This document shows positions 38,905 to 48,540 of a stretch of 54,417 nt of DNA, one piece after another. The position numbers and the translations under genes are program-made. This stretch comes from an uncultured Clostridia bacterium. Lineage in GTDB: Bacteria > Bacillota > Clostridia > Christensenellales > Borkfalkiaceae. The notes under the pieces were generated by a model. That model saw only the letters and a list, made by a program, of their open reading frames with translations, made no database searches and was not told the origin of the DNA. Location: assembly GCA_964422405.1 (NCBI GenBank), contig CAYRAY010000001.1, positions 1-54,417 of the forward strand, written 5' to 3'. Positions within the stretch are counted from its first letter, which is position 1. Every line of letters starts with the position of its first letter.

Positions 38905-38947
38905 ATTCTTTTTTTCTCCTATTTATTGTTTTTTATGTTGCGAACGC

Positions 38948-40822
38948 TTATTTCACGTCCACTTTTACGCCGCCGAACGTCGATTTAATTTCCTCGACGG
39001 CTTTATTAAAATCATCTGTTTTTTTGCCGCGCAAACGGATTTCAAACCCGTCGCTGTCTATACCGATTGCCGCAAACGCCTGCGTGATCAGCGCGTAATG
39101 ATCCTCGCGCATCAACGAACGATACGCTGTTTCGCTTTGGGTAGACAGAACGAGTTTCCCGTTCTCGAATGCACTGTCCAAATCCATGCAAATGGTAATC
39201 AGCACCCCGTTTTTCGCCGTTTTGCGCACACTCCGCAAAAACAAACCGAAGGTCACGCGCGGATCGCCGCTCGCCGCGGCGCGTTGCCGCTCGGTAATCC
39301 CCATCTGTTTCGCCGTTTGCACGCCGTCCGAAACGGTCGTTTTTCTCTCCGCCGCAAAAACGGGCGAAGGCTCTGTCACGCTTGCGCTTGCACGGAGGGG
39401 GCGCTCCGCACTCTGTTCCGTTTTCCGCTCCGTCCGCCGCGTGCATACGGGCGCATCGAAGTAAGCGCTGCCGCCCATTTCCGCCTCGTCGGGGGGGGCT
39501 TCGGGCAAGGGATAGTCCTCTTCCATCGGTGCGGAGGACAACGCCTCGGCCTCGTTTTTCACCGACGACAACGGTTTTTGTTGAGTCATAGCTTTCGGCT
39601 CGGTTGCCACAGTCGCCGCCTCGGAATTTGCGTTCATCGCGTACATGGGTGCCGTATTTGCGGCAAATGCGCCCTGCGCAAGCTTGGTTTCCAGCTCGTT
39701 CACGCGCGCAATCAACGCGTCGATATCGTAATCAGCAGAAGGCATACTCGCCTTCAACACCGCCGTTTCAAACAAAATTCTAGGCGAGGTGGAATACTTC
39801 AAATCCGTTTCCACGTTGGCAAAAATTTCCGTCACGCGCAGAAGCCTGTGTCCGTCCGTCGCCTTGGCAATTTGCGCCACTTCCGCATACATATCGTCGG
39901 GCAAAGCCAAAATCGCCTTGCCGTCGCGGCAGGTCTTTGCCACGGCGCACCCGTTCAAAAAGTTCAGCACGTCGCCAAGCAACATACCCACGCTTTTGCC
40001 TGCGGACAAAAACCCTTCCGTCCGCTCGAACGCGTCGCCGGCGTTTGCCGAAAGCACCGCCGAACAGAGCTTCGCCACCGCCGAAAAATCCGCCGTGCCC
40101 AGCACCGCCGTCACGTGCGCGTACGTCAGTTTGCCGCCCGTGTACGAAGCGCAAGTATCCGCCACCGAAAGCATATCGCGCACGCTCCCTGCGCCCGCTC
40201 TGGCAATGGCAGAAATCGCCTCGTCGTCGTACGTTTTGCCGATACTGTCAAACACGTAACGCAACCGACTTTCCAAATCCGCTTGCGGAATCAACTTAAA
40301 ATCGAACCGCATACAACGGGAAAGAATGGTCGCAGGAATTTTTTGCGATTCCGTAGTTGCCAAAATGAACACCGCGTGCGAAGGCGGTTCTTCCAACGTC
40401 TTCAAAAGCGCATTGAACGCGCCAGTCGAAAGCATGTGCACTTCGTCGATGATATACACTTTATATCTGCCTGCCACGGGCGGATATTGCACCTTTTCGC
40501 GTAGGTCGCGCATTTCGTTCACACCGTTGTTCGACGCCGCGTCAATTTCCGTAATATCCAAATTTGACGGGTCTTTCAATGCCTTGCACGCCGCGCACAC
40601 GCCGCAGGGCGAACCGTCCTTGGGGTCGGTGCAGTTGATTGCTGCGGCAAAAATTTTGGCAATACTCGTCTTGCCCGTGCCGCGCGGACCGCAAAACAGA
40701 TATGCGTGCCCGATTTTGCCCGTGTTGATTTGATTTTTCAATACCGTAACGATATGTTCCTGCCGCACCACGTCGTTCAACGTTTTGGGTCGGAACATAC
40801 GGTATAAAGCCAAATGCGCCAT
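38948..40822 (-). CDS. dnaX: DNA polymerase III subunit gamma/tau
   Basis: Walker A GPRGTGKTS, a zinc module CGVCAACK and YIIDEVHML. Start MAHLALYRMFRP follows GGAG. Confidence 0.9.
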   Translation of the reverse strand: MAHLALYRMFRPKTLNDVVRQEHIVTVLKNQINTGKIGHAYLFCGPRGTGKTSIAKIFAAAINCTDPKDGSPCGVCAACKALKDPSNLDITEIDAASNNGVNEMRDLREKVQYPPVAGRYKVYIIDEVHMLSTGAFNALLKTLEEPPSHAVFILATTESQKIPATILSRCMRFDFKLIPQADLESRLRYVFDSIGKTYDDEAISAIARAGAGSVRDMLSVADTCASYTGGKLTYAHVTAVLGTADFSAVAKLCSAVLSANAGDAFERTEGFLSAGKSVGMLLGDVLNFLNGCAVAKTCRDGKAILALPDDMYAEVAQIAKATDGHRLLRVTEIFANVETDLKYSTSPRILFETAVLKASMPSADYDIDALIARVNELETKLAQGAFAANTAPMYAMNANSEAATVATEPKAMTQQKPLSSVKNEAEALSSAPMEEDYPLPEAPPDEAEMGGSAYFDAPVCTRRTERKTEQSAERPLRASASVTEPSPVFAAERKTTVSDGVQTAKQMGITERQRAAASGDPRVTFGLFLRSVRKTAKNGVLITICMDLDSAFENGKLVLSTQSETAYRSLMREDHYALITQAFAAIGIDSDGFEIRLRGKKTDDFNKAVEEIKSTFGGVKVDVK

Positions 40823-40848
40823 CGTTTTTTCTCCGTTAACGTTCTCCG

Positions 40849-41451
40849 TTACTCTTTCCATACCTCTTGCAGTTTGCGCTTACTGCGCTGAATGGCGTTG
40901 CGCACGCTCTTTTCCGATTTACCCGTAGCCGCGCAAATTTCCGCCGTCGTTCTGCTTTCGATATACATACTCACCACCCGATACTCAAAATCGGAAAGGT
41001 GCATCAACAATTTTTGTTGCAACTCTCTGGTTTCGTCGCCGATAATCAACAACTCCTCGGGGTTGAACGTGGAATGCAACAACCAACCGTCCACTTCCGA
41101 AACAGGCACGCCATTGTTCAAAGGCGCGTTCTTTTTCCGTGCTGCCGCCTTCACCGCGTCAATAATCTGCCGCGTAATACACAGCCGCGCAAAACTCTTA
41201 AACGAGCAACCGCCCTCGCGCCGTTCATACCGCATAATGCCGCTGTACAGCCCGATCATGCCCTCTTGGATCAAATCCTCCGTCTCGCCGCCCAGCAAAA
41301 AGAAACCGCGTGCGCAACTTTTGACCAGCTCCGAATGTCTGCGGATCAACCGCTCCATCGCTTGCGAATCCCCTGCTTGGGCGTCCAAAACCAATGCCTC
41401 GTCCTCGCTATTTTCGTCCAAAAAACTCTCGTCCGTTCTCCGTTCGTCCAT
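40849..41451 (-). CDS. sigH: sporulation sigma factor SigH-like (sigma-70 family)
   Basis: 200 aa with region 2 DLIQEGMIGL and a region 4 HTH. The mrnC-rlmB-sigH synteny matches Bacillus. Confidence 0.8.
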   Translation of the reverse strand: MDERRTDESFLDENSEDEALVLDAQAGDSQAMERLIRRHSELVKSCARGFFLLGGETEDLIQEGMIGLYSGIMRYERREGGCSFKSFARLCITRQIIDAVKAAARKKNAPLNNGVPVSEVDGWLLHSTFNPEELLIIGDETRELQQKLLMHLSDFEYRVVSMYIESRTTAEICAATGKSEKSVRNAIQRSKRKLQEVWKE

Positions 41452-41472
41452 ACGCCCTTCCTACACCAACGT

Positions 41473-42192
41473 TTACGAAAGGCGACTGCGCACCACTTCG
41501 TACGCGGCAATGCCCAGCGCCACCGAAGCGTTGAGGGAGTTGACTTTGCCCTGCAAGGGAATGGACAAAATTTTATCGCACTTTTCCTTGGTCAAACGCT
41601 TTACGCCGCTGTCCTCGCCACCGACGACCAACGCCACGTTCCCCGTAAAGTTTTCGCGATAGATGTCCTCGCCGCCTGCCTCCAAGCCGTACACCCAATA
41701 GCCTTCCTTTTGGATTTTCTCAATCGCCTGATTGAGGTTGGCAACCTTCGCCACCTTCATGTGCTCCGCCGCACCCGCGGAAATGCGAATGACGCTCTCC
41801 GTCACCGATGCGCTGCCAGATTTGGGAATCACCACGCCGTCCGCGCCTGCGCACTCCGCCACACGGATAATGCTGCCCAAATTATGCACGTCCTCGATGC
41901 CGTCGCAAAGAATGATAAAGCCACCCTTTTCGCTCTTTTTCGCAGCAAGAATATCCTCTAAATCGTAATATTCATAATCGGTAGTGAACGCAATCACGCC
42001 CTGATGACGGCGCGTTTCGCTTTCCTTGTCCAGCACCTGCTTGTCCACGAATTGCACGCGGATATTCTTCCGTCTTGCCTCGGCAAAAATCAAACCAAGC
42101 GAGCCTTGCGCGCCCTTTTCCAACAAGATTTTATCAATATTTTTTCCCGTTTTCAGCAGCTCGATTACTGCGTTTCTTCCTTCCGTTTTCAC
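41473..42192 (-). CDS. rlmB: 23S rRNA 2-prime-O-methyltransferase RlmB (SpoU/TrmH family)
   Basis: 239 aa with SpoU motifs DGIEDVHNLGSIIR, LVVGGEDSG and SLNASVA. Confidence 0.85.
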   Translation of the reverse strand: MKTEGRNAVIELLKTGKNIDKILLEKGAQGSLGLIFAEARRKNIRVQFVDKQVLDKESETRRHQGVIAFTTDYEYYDLEDILAAKKSEKGGFIILCDGIEDVHNLGSIIRVAECAGADGVVIPKSGSASVTESVIRISAGAAEHMKVAKVANLNQAIEKIQKEGYWVYGLEAGGEDIYRENFTGNVALVVGGEDSGVKRLTKEKCDKILSIPLQGKVNSLNASVALGIAAYEVVRSRLS

Positions 42193-42244
42193 TATTTTTT
42201 TCCTCTATATGCTTATGTTTTTCGCCGTTTTCAGGCGGTATTTT

Positions 42245-42691
42245 TTATCTGTGCACAGGCTTAAAGGGTTGCGCCGCCGTATCCACGGCAAAATCCTCTT
42301 GCCGCCACGCGGACAACAATTCGCTTATTCGCGCCTCGTTCCCCGTCACGTATAAAAAACCGAGCACCGCCTCGAAACCCGTCGAACGGTTATATTCCAG
42401 CGTACTCGCACTCTTGCTTTTGCTCGCCTTTTTTGCATTTTTTCCGCGACGGAACACGTCCGACTCCGCCTCGGTAAACGTCGGCAAAATCCGTTCCAAA
42501 AATCGGCTTTGCCCCTGCGCGGACACAATTTTCGACGCCGTGCGTTGCAAATCCGCGCTTCTGCCGCCGACGTCCAACATCAAGCGTTCTCGCACGAACA
42601 GCGAATACACCGCGTCCCCCAAAAACGCCAAAGTCACGGGGCTGATTTGCGCCGCTTCCTGTTCGGTTAAATTGTTGCGTTCCGTCAGCAT
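42245..42691 (-). CDS. mrnC: mini-ribonuclease III
   Basis: LAFLGDAVYSLFVRERL RNase III signature. Start MLTERNN follows GGAGG. Confidence 0.8.
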   Translation of the reverse strand: MLTERNNLTEQEAAQISPVTLAFLGDAVYSLFVRERLMLDVGGRSADLQRTASKIVSAQGQSRFLERILPTFTEAESDVFRRGKNAKKASKSKSASTLEYNRSTGFEAVLGFLYVTGNEARISELLSAWRQEDFAVDTAAQPFKPVHR

Positions 42692-42910
42692 AGTCCGCCT
42701 CCGCACTCATTTTTCGCTACACTGCCGCCCCTTGCAAGGCGCACGATCGCATTATGCTACATTATTATAACACAAACCCGCCAAAAAAACAAGTGATTAC
42801 GCAAATTTTTTGTCCGCCGTCCCGCAGATTTTCGTTATTTTTCACACAAATCCGCCCCAAGCTCGCCCTTTCCGCTTGATCGACACGGATTACGTCGACA
42901 CGGAACGCGG

Positions 42911-43663
42911 CTATGCCGCGCCCATCAAATACGCCGCAGCCCCTGCGGCAACGGCGTGCGCGATTTTTTGTTGCCACACCGTATCGACCAGCAACGCCTC
43001 GTCCGCCGCGTTGGACAAAAATCCGCATTCCACAAGCACGGACGGCACCTCCGCACACCGCAAAATGAAAAAATCCGCCTCCGAAGCCGACCGCCCTTTC
43101 ACGCCGACTTCCCCGTACAAATCGTTCAAATTCCGTTGCACGCAAGCGGCAAATGCCGCATTTCCGCGCCCTGTAAACACCGAATTTTCCGCCGACGAAA
43201 TTCCGTTTTCGCCCTGTCTTCCAACCTCCTTGCCGTAAAAGACCTGCGCACCACGTTGCATTTTAGACGGGTAAAAATTTTGGTGCACGGACACAACCAA
43301 CGCAGGGTTTGCGGCTTGAATAATCTCCTTGCGCCGTTGCATATCCCGCTTTTTAAAACCGCGAGTCGCCGTATCGTACAGCCCTGCCTCCGTGCGCCTC
43401 GTCATCACCACCTCAAACCCCATTTCCGTCAGCGTATCCCGAACCCGAAAGGCAATCGCCAAATTTAAATCGCTCTCCTTCACCCCCGTTTTCCGCCCCG
43501 TCACGCCGCCGTCTATGCCGCCGTGCCCGGCGTCCACCACAATCCGCATTTGCGTATCGAAGGCGGAAACCTCCGCCGCATGAATGGCGCGTACGCAAAG
43601 CGCCACCGCCGTAAAAAAGCAAGCCAACAACACTGCCGCACAGGCAAACACACTCTTTTTCAT
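42911..43663 (-). CDS. cwlD: N-acetylmuramoyl-L-alanine amidase CwlD-like
   Basis: Signal/TM N-terminus followed by an Amidase_3 domain: VVDAGHGGIDGG, SVHQN and ECGFLSN. Confidence 0.8.
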   Translation of the reverse strand: MKKSVFACAAVLLACFFTAVALCVRAIHAAEVSAFDTQMRIVVDAGHGGIDGGVTGRKTGVKESDLNLAIAFRVRDTLTEMGFEVVMTRRTEAGLYDTATRGFKKRDMQRRKEIIQAANPALVVSVHQNFYPSKMQRGAQVFYGKEVGRQGENGISSAENSVFTGRGNAAFAACVQRNLNDLYGEVGVKGRSASEADFFILRCAEVPSVLVECGFLSNAADEALLVDTVWQQKIAHAVAAGAAAYLMGAA

Positions 43664-43721
43664 ATCCCTATTTTACGGCACTCCGCCCCCGAATATGCCC
43701 GTTTTTTTATTTTTAACAACC

Positions 43722-43775
43722 AAAACTCAACGCGTACATGGTATGCCTGTTTTCTTTTCATCGCGTACATGGTAG
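43722..43775 (+). repeat. composite repeat E2 (two family 2 cores, 31-bp phasing)
   Basis: AAAACTCAACGCGTACATGGTATGCCTGTTTTCTTTTCATCGCGTACATGGTAG. Confidence 0.75.
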
Positions 43776-43833
43776 TGGCATTTAATAAACGGAAAAGCGC
43801 GCCGCAATGGGCGCGCTCCGCTCTCTTTTCATT

Positions 43834-44755
43834 TTACACTGTCGTTTTTGTTTCCGCCGTTTTCGGCAAGGGCAACAAGGGCAATTTTTCCTCTTTCAGC
43901 ACGGAATTTTCCATCGTCTTTTCCCCTTTTCCGCGCAACTCCGCACCAAACCTCAACACCTCTGCGCGTGTTTTCAGTTCGGGGAAGTCGATTTTCTCCA
44001 CCTCTTTCATCCACTCCGAATACATCTCCCACGCGCGCGAAGTAACGATTCGTCGCACACCTGCTGCCCGCATTTTCTTAAAAGCGGTCAACGTATTCAC
44101 TTCCGACACCTGCAAAAGACAGCCGTTTTTCAAATCCTGTTTCAACTTTTCGCACCCCTCAAAGTAAGGCACGCAAAAATATTGCAACCCCGTTTCCGCG
44201 CAAATCCTCCCCACTTCCGAAAGCACGGACGCGCCGTACACCCGATCCACTCGGCATTTCAGCACCGCCTTTTTTGTGGCGCGCCGCAACTTTTTCAGCT
44301 CCTTTCGGATTGCTCCGTAACGGCAATTCGCCACCGAGTACGGCGACAACATCACCGTAATTTCCTTGGCTTTCAGCCGCAGAGCGCGCCGCGCCTCATA
44401 CGCCTTCACGCGCGCAATCGTTTCGCCGTCGCCGCCCACCGTGCAATCCACCGCCACGCCGCTGCGGATAAAAATTTCGCCCAGCTGTTCCAGCCGCTCC
44501 GTAGACATACGCACCGCCGCCTGCCTAAGCCGCATCGCCCGCTCACGCACCCGTTTCACGTCCTCGAAGTTGGTCAACACTCCCTCGGAATCGGCAATCG
44601 CACCCAAAATTTCCGCACGCTTCCTCTGCCGTTTATACTCCCGATACTCCACCGCCTCGTCCGCCGTAATACTCACACGCCGTTGTTGCCACAAATCCGC
44701 TTTCGTAAAATTCGTTTGACTTTCCGTTTGCTGTTCCATGCGCAAATTATGCGAC
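43834..44755 (-). CDS. DeoC-like aldolase-fold protein, probably non-canonical
   Basis: The central region VAVDCTVGGDGETIARVKAYEARRALRLKAKEITVMLSP...AVLKCRVD resembles deoxyribose-phosphate aldolase. A TTG start at 44755 follows AAAGGAG. The N-terminal part of track ORF 43834-44949 is doubtful. Confidence 0.45.
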
Positions 44756-44820
44756 AAACAAACTCCTTTTATACCCTTTTTATCCTTTTTATGACAGAAC
44801 GCACGTTGTATACTTTCCGC

Positions 44821-45180
44821 ATGAATACTTTTTTCCTCGCCGCCAAGCGCGACCCTATCCCACTCCACAACCTGCTCCTCAGCGCGCAACTCACGGGCGG
44901 CGCGTTCGGGGTCGTGTTCCTGTTCGCCTTCTGTTTCTTCCTCGTCCACCTTTTGAAATATGCCAAACTCGGCTGGTCATTACGGAACACACCCCTGCCC
45001 GACAAAAAGCAACCGACCGACCAAGCCGCCAAGCCTTCCGCTCCCATCAAAACGGAATCCCCACCGCCGCCAAAAGAAAAAGCCCCTGCTGTGCAAGAGC
45101 CTATCTATTATATCGTGGAACGCAAGCGCACGCGTTCCAAAACAAAATACGGCGAGCCGAAAGAAATCCGTTTTCAATAA
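44821..45180 (+). CDS. possible small membrane protein (weak)
   Basis: MNTFFLAAKR...GGAFGVVFLFAFCFFLVHLL has a TM helix and a P/K-rich tail, but there is no clear RBS. It is the tail of an otherwise antisense track ORF. Confidence 0.25.
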   Translation: MNTFFLAAKRDPIPLHNLLLSAQLTGGAFGVVFLFAFCFFLVHLLKYAKLGWSLRNTPLPDKKQPTDQAAKPSAPIKTESPPPPKEKAPAVQEPIYYIVERKRTRSKTKYGEPKEIRFQ

Positions 45181-45300
45181 ACGCCGCACGCTAAAACCAT
45201 GTGTTCAAGCGCGCGTGAAAACCACACACTTCCGTTTTTCGTCCGCGTGTTTTCTATACAGAGCTTCGCCGCGCGCAAAAACGCGCCGCAAAAAATCGTC

Positions 45301-45696
45301 TTACTTTTCTGGGGTAACAGTGTACAATTCCCCCGTTTTTTCATTGAAATATTCCACGTTGCCGCCGTCCGTCCACAAGCGTTCCAAGTGGTAGAACAAT
45401 CTGGTTTCGTCGTTGAAAATGTGCGCGATAACGTCACCATAATCCAACACCGCCCAGCGCCCGTCGCGCACGCCCTCGGTACGGGAAGGCACCAAGCCCA
45501 AATTCTTTTCCACAAGTTCTTCCACGCGCTCGCCCATCGCCTTAATTTGCGGCGCGTTGCTACCGCTCGCAATGACGAAATAATCGCAAAGGTCGGTCTT
45601 TTCGCGCACGTACAACGCCACGATGTCCTTGCCCAACTTATCCGACAACGCCTTGCAAATTTCTTCTGCCAATGCCTTACTGCTTACTTTTTCCAT
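45301..45696 (-). CDS. rsfS: ribosome silencing factor RsfS
   Basis: 131 aa. DYFVIASGSN and WAVLDYGDVIAHIF are typical of the iojap/RsfS family. Confidence 0.85.
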   Translation of the reverse strand: MEKVSSKALAEEICKALSDKLGKDIVALYVREKTDLCDYFVIASGSNAPQIKAMGERVEELVEKNLGLVPSRTEGVRDGRWAVLDYGDVIAHIFNDETRLFYHLERLWTDGGNVEYFNEKTGELYTVTPEK

Positions 45697-45721
45697 TTTA
45701 ATAACTCCTTTATTTTTCCTT

Positions 45722-46855
45722 TTATTCAGCGTAATACCGATACGCCTCTTCCGTCAGCGAATACACCGCAAACCCCTTCCGTTCCAAATATTCCAGAATA
45801 TGTTTTAAGGTTTCCGCTAAACATTTTTCCAAGTCCTCGGCAAAGAGTTTTCTAAGCTCCTCCGCCTCCGCAAACGTCCTCGACGGCTCCAAAACGTCCG
45901 CCAAATACACCACTTTTTCCAAACGACTCATGTTCGCCCTGCCGCTGGTATGGAAGCGGATTGCATTCAACACGTCCTCATCCTTGACCCCAAAACGGGT
46001 TTCCGCCAAGTACGCGCCCGAAAATTGATGCGCGATGTTGGGCAGCACTTCACCCCACGTATTCGGCGGCGTAAAGCCACGCAAATATTCGCTATCCGTC
46101 GGCAGATTTTTGGCGCAATCGTGAAACAGAGCGGCGGTAATTGCCGCGCGTTCGTCCACGCCGTACCTCACCGCCATCTTCGCCGCAAGGCATGCCACAC
46201 GCAAACTATGCGCCGCGCGTTCGGGCTTTTCCAAGGCAAGCGCCTTATCCGCGTTTTCTATTTTGTACAAGCCATGTTTTTGAATATACGCTTCCACACT
46301 TTCGCTTACGTACGGCGTTAAACGCATACCTGCCCCTGCCAAAACACGAATTTGCGTAGACGAAACCGCCGCGCCGTTGTACGAAAAGGCGCAAAAATTT
46401 TTGCCGAATTTCGCAAAAAATGCTTGCTGTTCCTCCTGTTGCCAACCGTCGTTTTCCGCCCTGCCGCAAACGGCAAGGCTCACGTTCTCCAAAATATCTT
46501 CGGGGTTTTTCCACGTCGAAAAATCCCGCAACATATCCGTGCCGACAATCCAAAAAATCTCCGCCGTCGGGTACAGCGCACGGAAATGCCGACAGGTCAA
46601 ATAGGTATAGCTCGTCCCCTCGGCGCGCGCCTCAAAATCGCTGACCTCCGCCCTTGCTACGTCTGCAAACGCAAGGCGGCACATCGCCAACCGATCTTCC
46701 ATAGGCGACATTCTTTTCCCCGGCTTGTGCGGCGGCTGATAGGCAGGCATCACAATCAGCTTGTCCAACCCCAGTTCCAAAATTGCCGCTTGCGCCAAGC
46801 GAATATGCTCCGTATGCACGGGATCGAACGACCCACCAAAAATCGCTATTTTCAT
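45722..46855 (-). CDS. nadD: fused nicotinate-nucleotide adenylyltransferase (NadD) and YqeK-type HD hydrolase
   Basis: The N-terminal half has GGSFDPVHTEH. The C-terminal half has an HD domain (HSLRVA...LFHDCAK...RFHTSG). Start MKIAIFGG follows AAGGAG. Track residues upstream of 46855 were rejected. Confidence 0.8.
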   Translation of the reverse strand: MKIAIFGGSFDPVHTEHIRLAQAAILELGLDKLIVMPAYQPPHKPGKRMSPMEDRLAMCRLAFADVARAEVSDFEARAEGTSYTYLTCRHFRALYPTAEIFWIVGTDMLRDFSTWKNPEDILENVSLAVCGRAENDGWQQEEQQAFFAKFGKNFCAFSYNGAAVSSTQIRVLAGAGMRLTPYVSESVEAYIQKHGLYKIENADKALALEKPERAAHSLRVACLAAKMAVRYGVDERAAITAALFHDCAKNLPTDSEYLRGFTPPNTWGEVLPNIAHQFSGAYLAETRFGVKDEDVLNAIRFHTSGRANMSRLEKVVYLADVLEPSRTFAEAEELRKLFAEDLEKCLAETLKHILEYLERKGFAVYSLTEEAYRYYAE

Positions 46856-46998
46856 ATCTCTCCTTAACAATCCGCGTTCTAAAAACCACACTTGCTTTTC
46901 AGGCAACACACTCAACGCAAAAGGTCTTTTTACCATTATACTATATATTTTTGCGTTTTTCAAGTTTAATTTCAAACTTTTTAGACAAAAATGCAAAT

Positions 46999-47829
46999 AT
47001 GAAAAAATTTGCCTACGTTTCCGACCTGACTTTCTTCTTTTCGGTCAGTTTTTTATGCTCCGCGTGCGCCTTTCGCCTGCTCCGCCTGCCCTTTTGGCAG
47101 TCCGTCGCTCTCAGCACGCTCTGCGCCGTCTTAACCACCCTTTCCGCGGCGGCATTTCTCCGCAACAAATACCAACGCACCCTCTTAAAAAAGTCGGATG
47201 AACGTCAAAAAGAAAGGTTGCTTTTTCATCTCGCCCTGCAAGGCGATGAGCAAAACCGTCACTTCTTTTCTGATTTCTTCACGGCGACCGCGCCGAAAAA
47301 CACCCCTATCCAAATAGAATGCCCCGACGGGGCAACCGCAATAGAAGCAGCAACCGAGCGAGCCGCCGCTCACACAACCGAGCAAGCCGCCGTCCGCCAC
47401 AAAGACGGCACATTTACCTGCAACGGCGTGCGGCAACTTTGCCTGTTCCGCCTAACGCCGCTCACCGCCGACGACTTATTGCCCCTTCTGCGTATCCAAG
47501 CGGAAACGCCCAAGCGCCTGCTTTGCGCCGAGTTAGACGAAAAATCGCAAGCACTCTGCAAGCGGTATAACATAGAAATTTGGACAGGTGAACGGGTGTA
47601 TACCGAGCTCAAATCCGCCCGACTCTTGCCACCTCTGCCCGACGAAACCCCGACCAAAAAAGCAAGAAAAAAATTATGGTTCGCCAAATCCAACGCCAAG
47701 CGCTTTTTAACCAGCGCGGCGCTGTTACTACTCGCCGCCCAACTCACGCCCTTCTTCCTCTACTACCTACTGTTTGCCTTCGCCCTGCTCTGCGCAGCCG
47801 TGTTCACACGCATTTTTGGGTACGAATAA
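46999..47829 (+). CDS. membrane protein, function unknown
   Basis: 276 aa with two TM helices at each end and a soluble middle. Start at ATG 46999. Confidence 0.5.
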   Translation: MKKFAYVSDLTFFFSVSFLCSACAFRLLRLPFWQSVALSTLCAVLTTLSAAAFLRNKYQRTLLKKSDERQKERLLFHLALQGDEQNRHFFSDFFTATAPKNTPIQIECPDGATAIEAATERAAAHTTEQAAVRHKDGTFTCNGVRQLCLFRLTPLTADDLLPLLRIQAETPKRLLCAELDEKSQALCKRYNIEIWTGERVYTELKSARLLPPLPDETPTKKARKKLWFAKSNAKRFLTSAALLLLAAQLTPFFLYYLLFAFALLCAAVFTRIFGYE

Positions 47830-47835
47830 CGCCGC

Positions 47836-48540
47836 TCATTCCAACCGAACGGACACCTCAGCCGACGTCAATCTCCGTCTTTCGCCGCCGATTTCCGCAA
47901 TCAATCCACCCTGCTCGTCCACAGAAATCAGCCTACCATGTACGCGTTCATCGCCCAAAATCAAGGTCACCTCCCGTCCCAGATAGCCGATATACGCAAG
48001 GTACTCGTCCATCGTCCGCTCCTTATACAATTCCAAAAGCAGTCGCTCCGTCACTTCCTCTACCGAAAAGGTCTTGCCTGTCACAAGCTCCATGCTCGTG
48101 GCGATATCGCAAAGCTCGCCCTCAAACGCGCCGTTCACGTTCAAACCCACGCCCACCACGGACGATTGCACCTTGTCGCCGCAAAACACGTTTTCAATCA
48201 AAATGCCGCAAATTTTTTTATCTTGCACGAACACGTCGTTCGCCCACTTAATCACGGCGCTCACGCCAAACGCGCGCAACGTTTCGCACACGGAAACCGC
48301 CGCATTCGCCATAATCTTAAAACTATCCTTTGCTGAAAAATCGGTATAAAAACGGAGCAGAGAAAGGTACACGCCTCCCTTGTTAGAAACAAAGCCCCGT
48401 CCTTTCGTGCCTCTGCCCCCCGTCTGCACGGTGGCGGTCACCGCCAAATCCTCGCCGTTTTTTCGCATCGATTTGGCGTAATTATTTGTGGAATCAATCC
48501 TTTCAAAATGCACCCGTTTCAGCGAGTTTTTTTCATTCAT
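47836..48540 (-). CDS. birA: biotin--protein ligase without an N-terminal HTH
   Basis: 234 aa. QTGGRGTKGRGF matches the GRGRxGR biotin-binding loop. Confidence 0.8.
   Translation of the reverse strand: MNEKNSLKRVHFERIDSTNNYAKSMRKNGEDLAVTATVQTGGRGTKGRGFVSNKGGVYLSLLRFYTDFSAKDSFKIMANAAVSVCETLRAFGVSAVIKWANDVFVQDKKICGILIENVFCGDKVQSSVVGVGLNVNGAFEGELCDIATSMELVTGKTFSVEEVTERLLLELYKERTMDEYLAYIGYLGREVTLILGDERVHGRLISVDEQGGLIAEIGGERRRLTSAEVSVRLE

Noticed and set aside
40823-40848. Expected SRP RNA (scr) gene upstream of dnaX, as in Bacillus.
   Set aside because: Only 26 nt separate sigH from dnaX, so there is no room for an RNA gene here.
34598-43775. E1 and E2 direct repeats as att sites of an integrated mobile element.
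   Set aside because: The enclosed 9.1 kb is core housekeeping with conserved synteny (dnaX-ybaB-recR, mrnC-rlmB-sigH, spoVA). There is no integrase and no compositional break.
43834-44949. Full 371-aa minus-strand ORF as called in the track.
   Set aside because: The first 65 or so residues are acidic and low-complexity and lack an RBS. A TTG at 44755 preceded by AAAGGAG fits better. The exact start remains uncertain.
46856-46996. N-terminal 47-residue extension of the nadD-yqeK ORF. A similar upstream extension affects the gpsA ORF (37856-37966).
   Set aside because: The canonical N-termini MKIAIFGGSFDP and MKVSVLGCGRWG, each with a good RBS, lie at the internal ATGs. The extensions have no family similarity.
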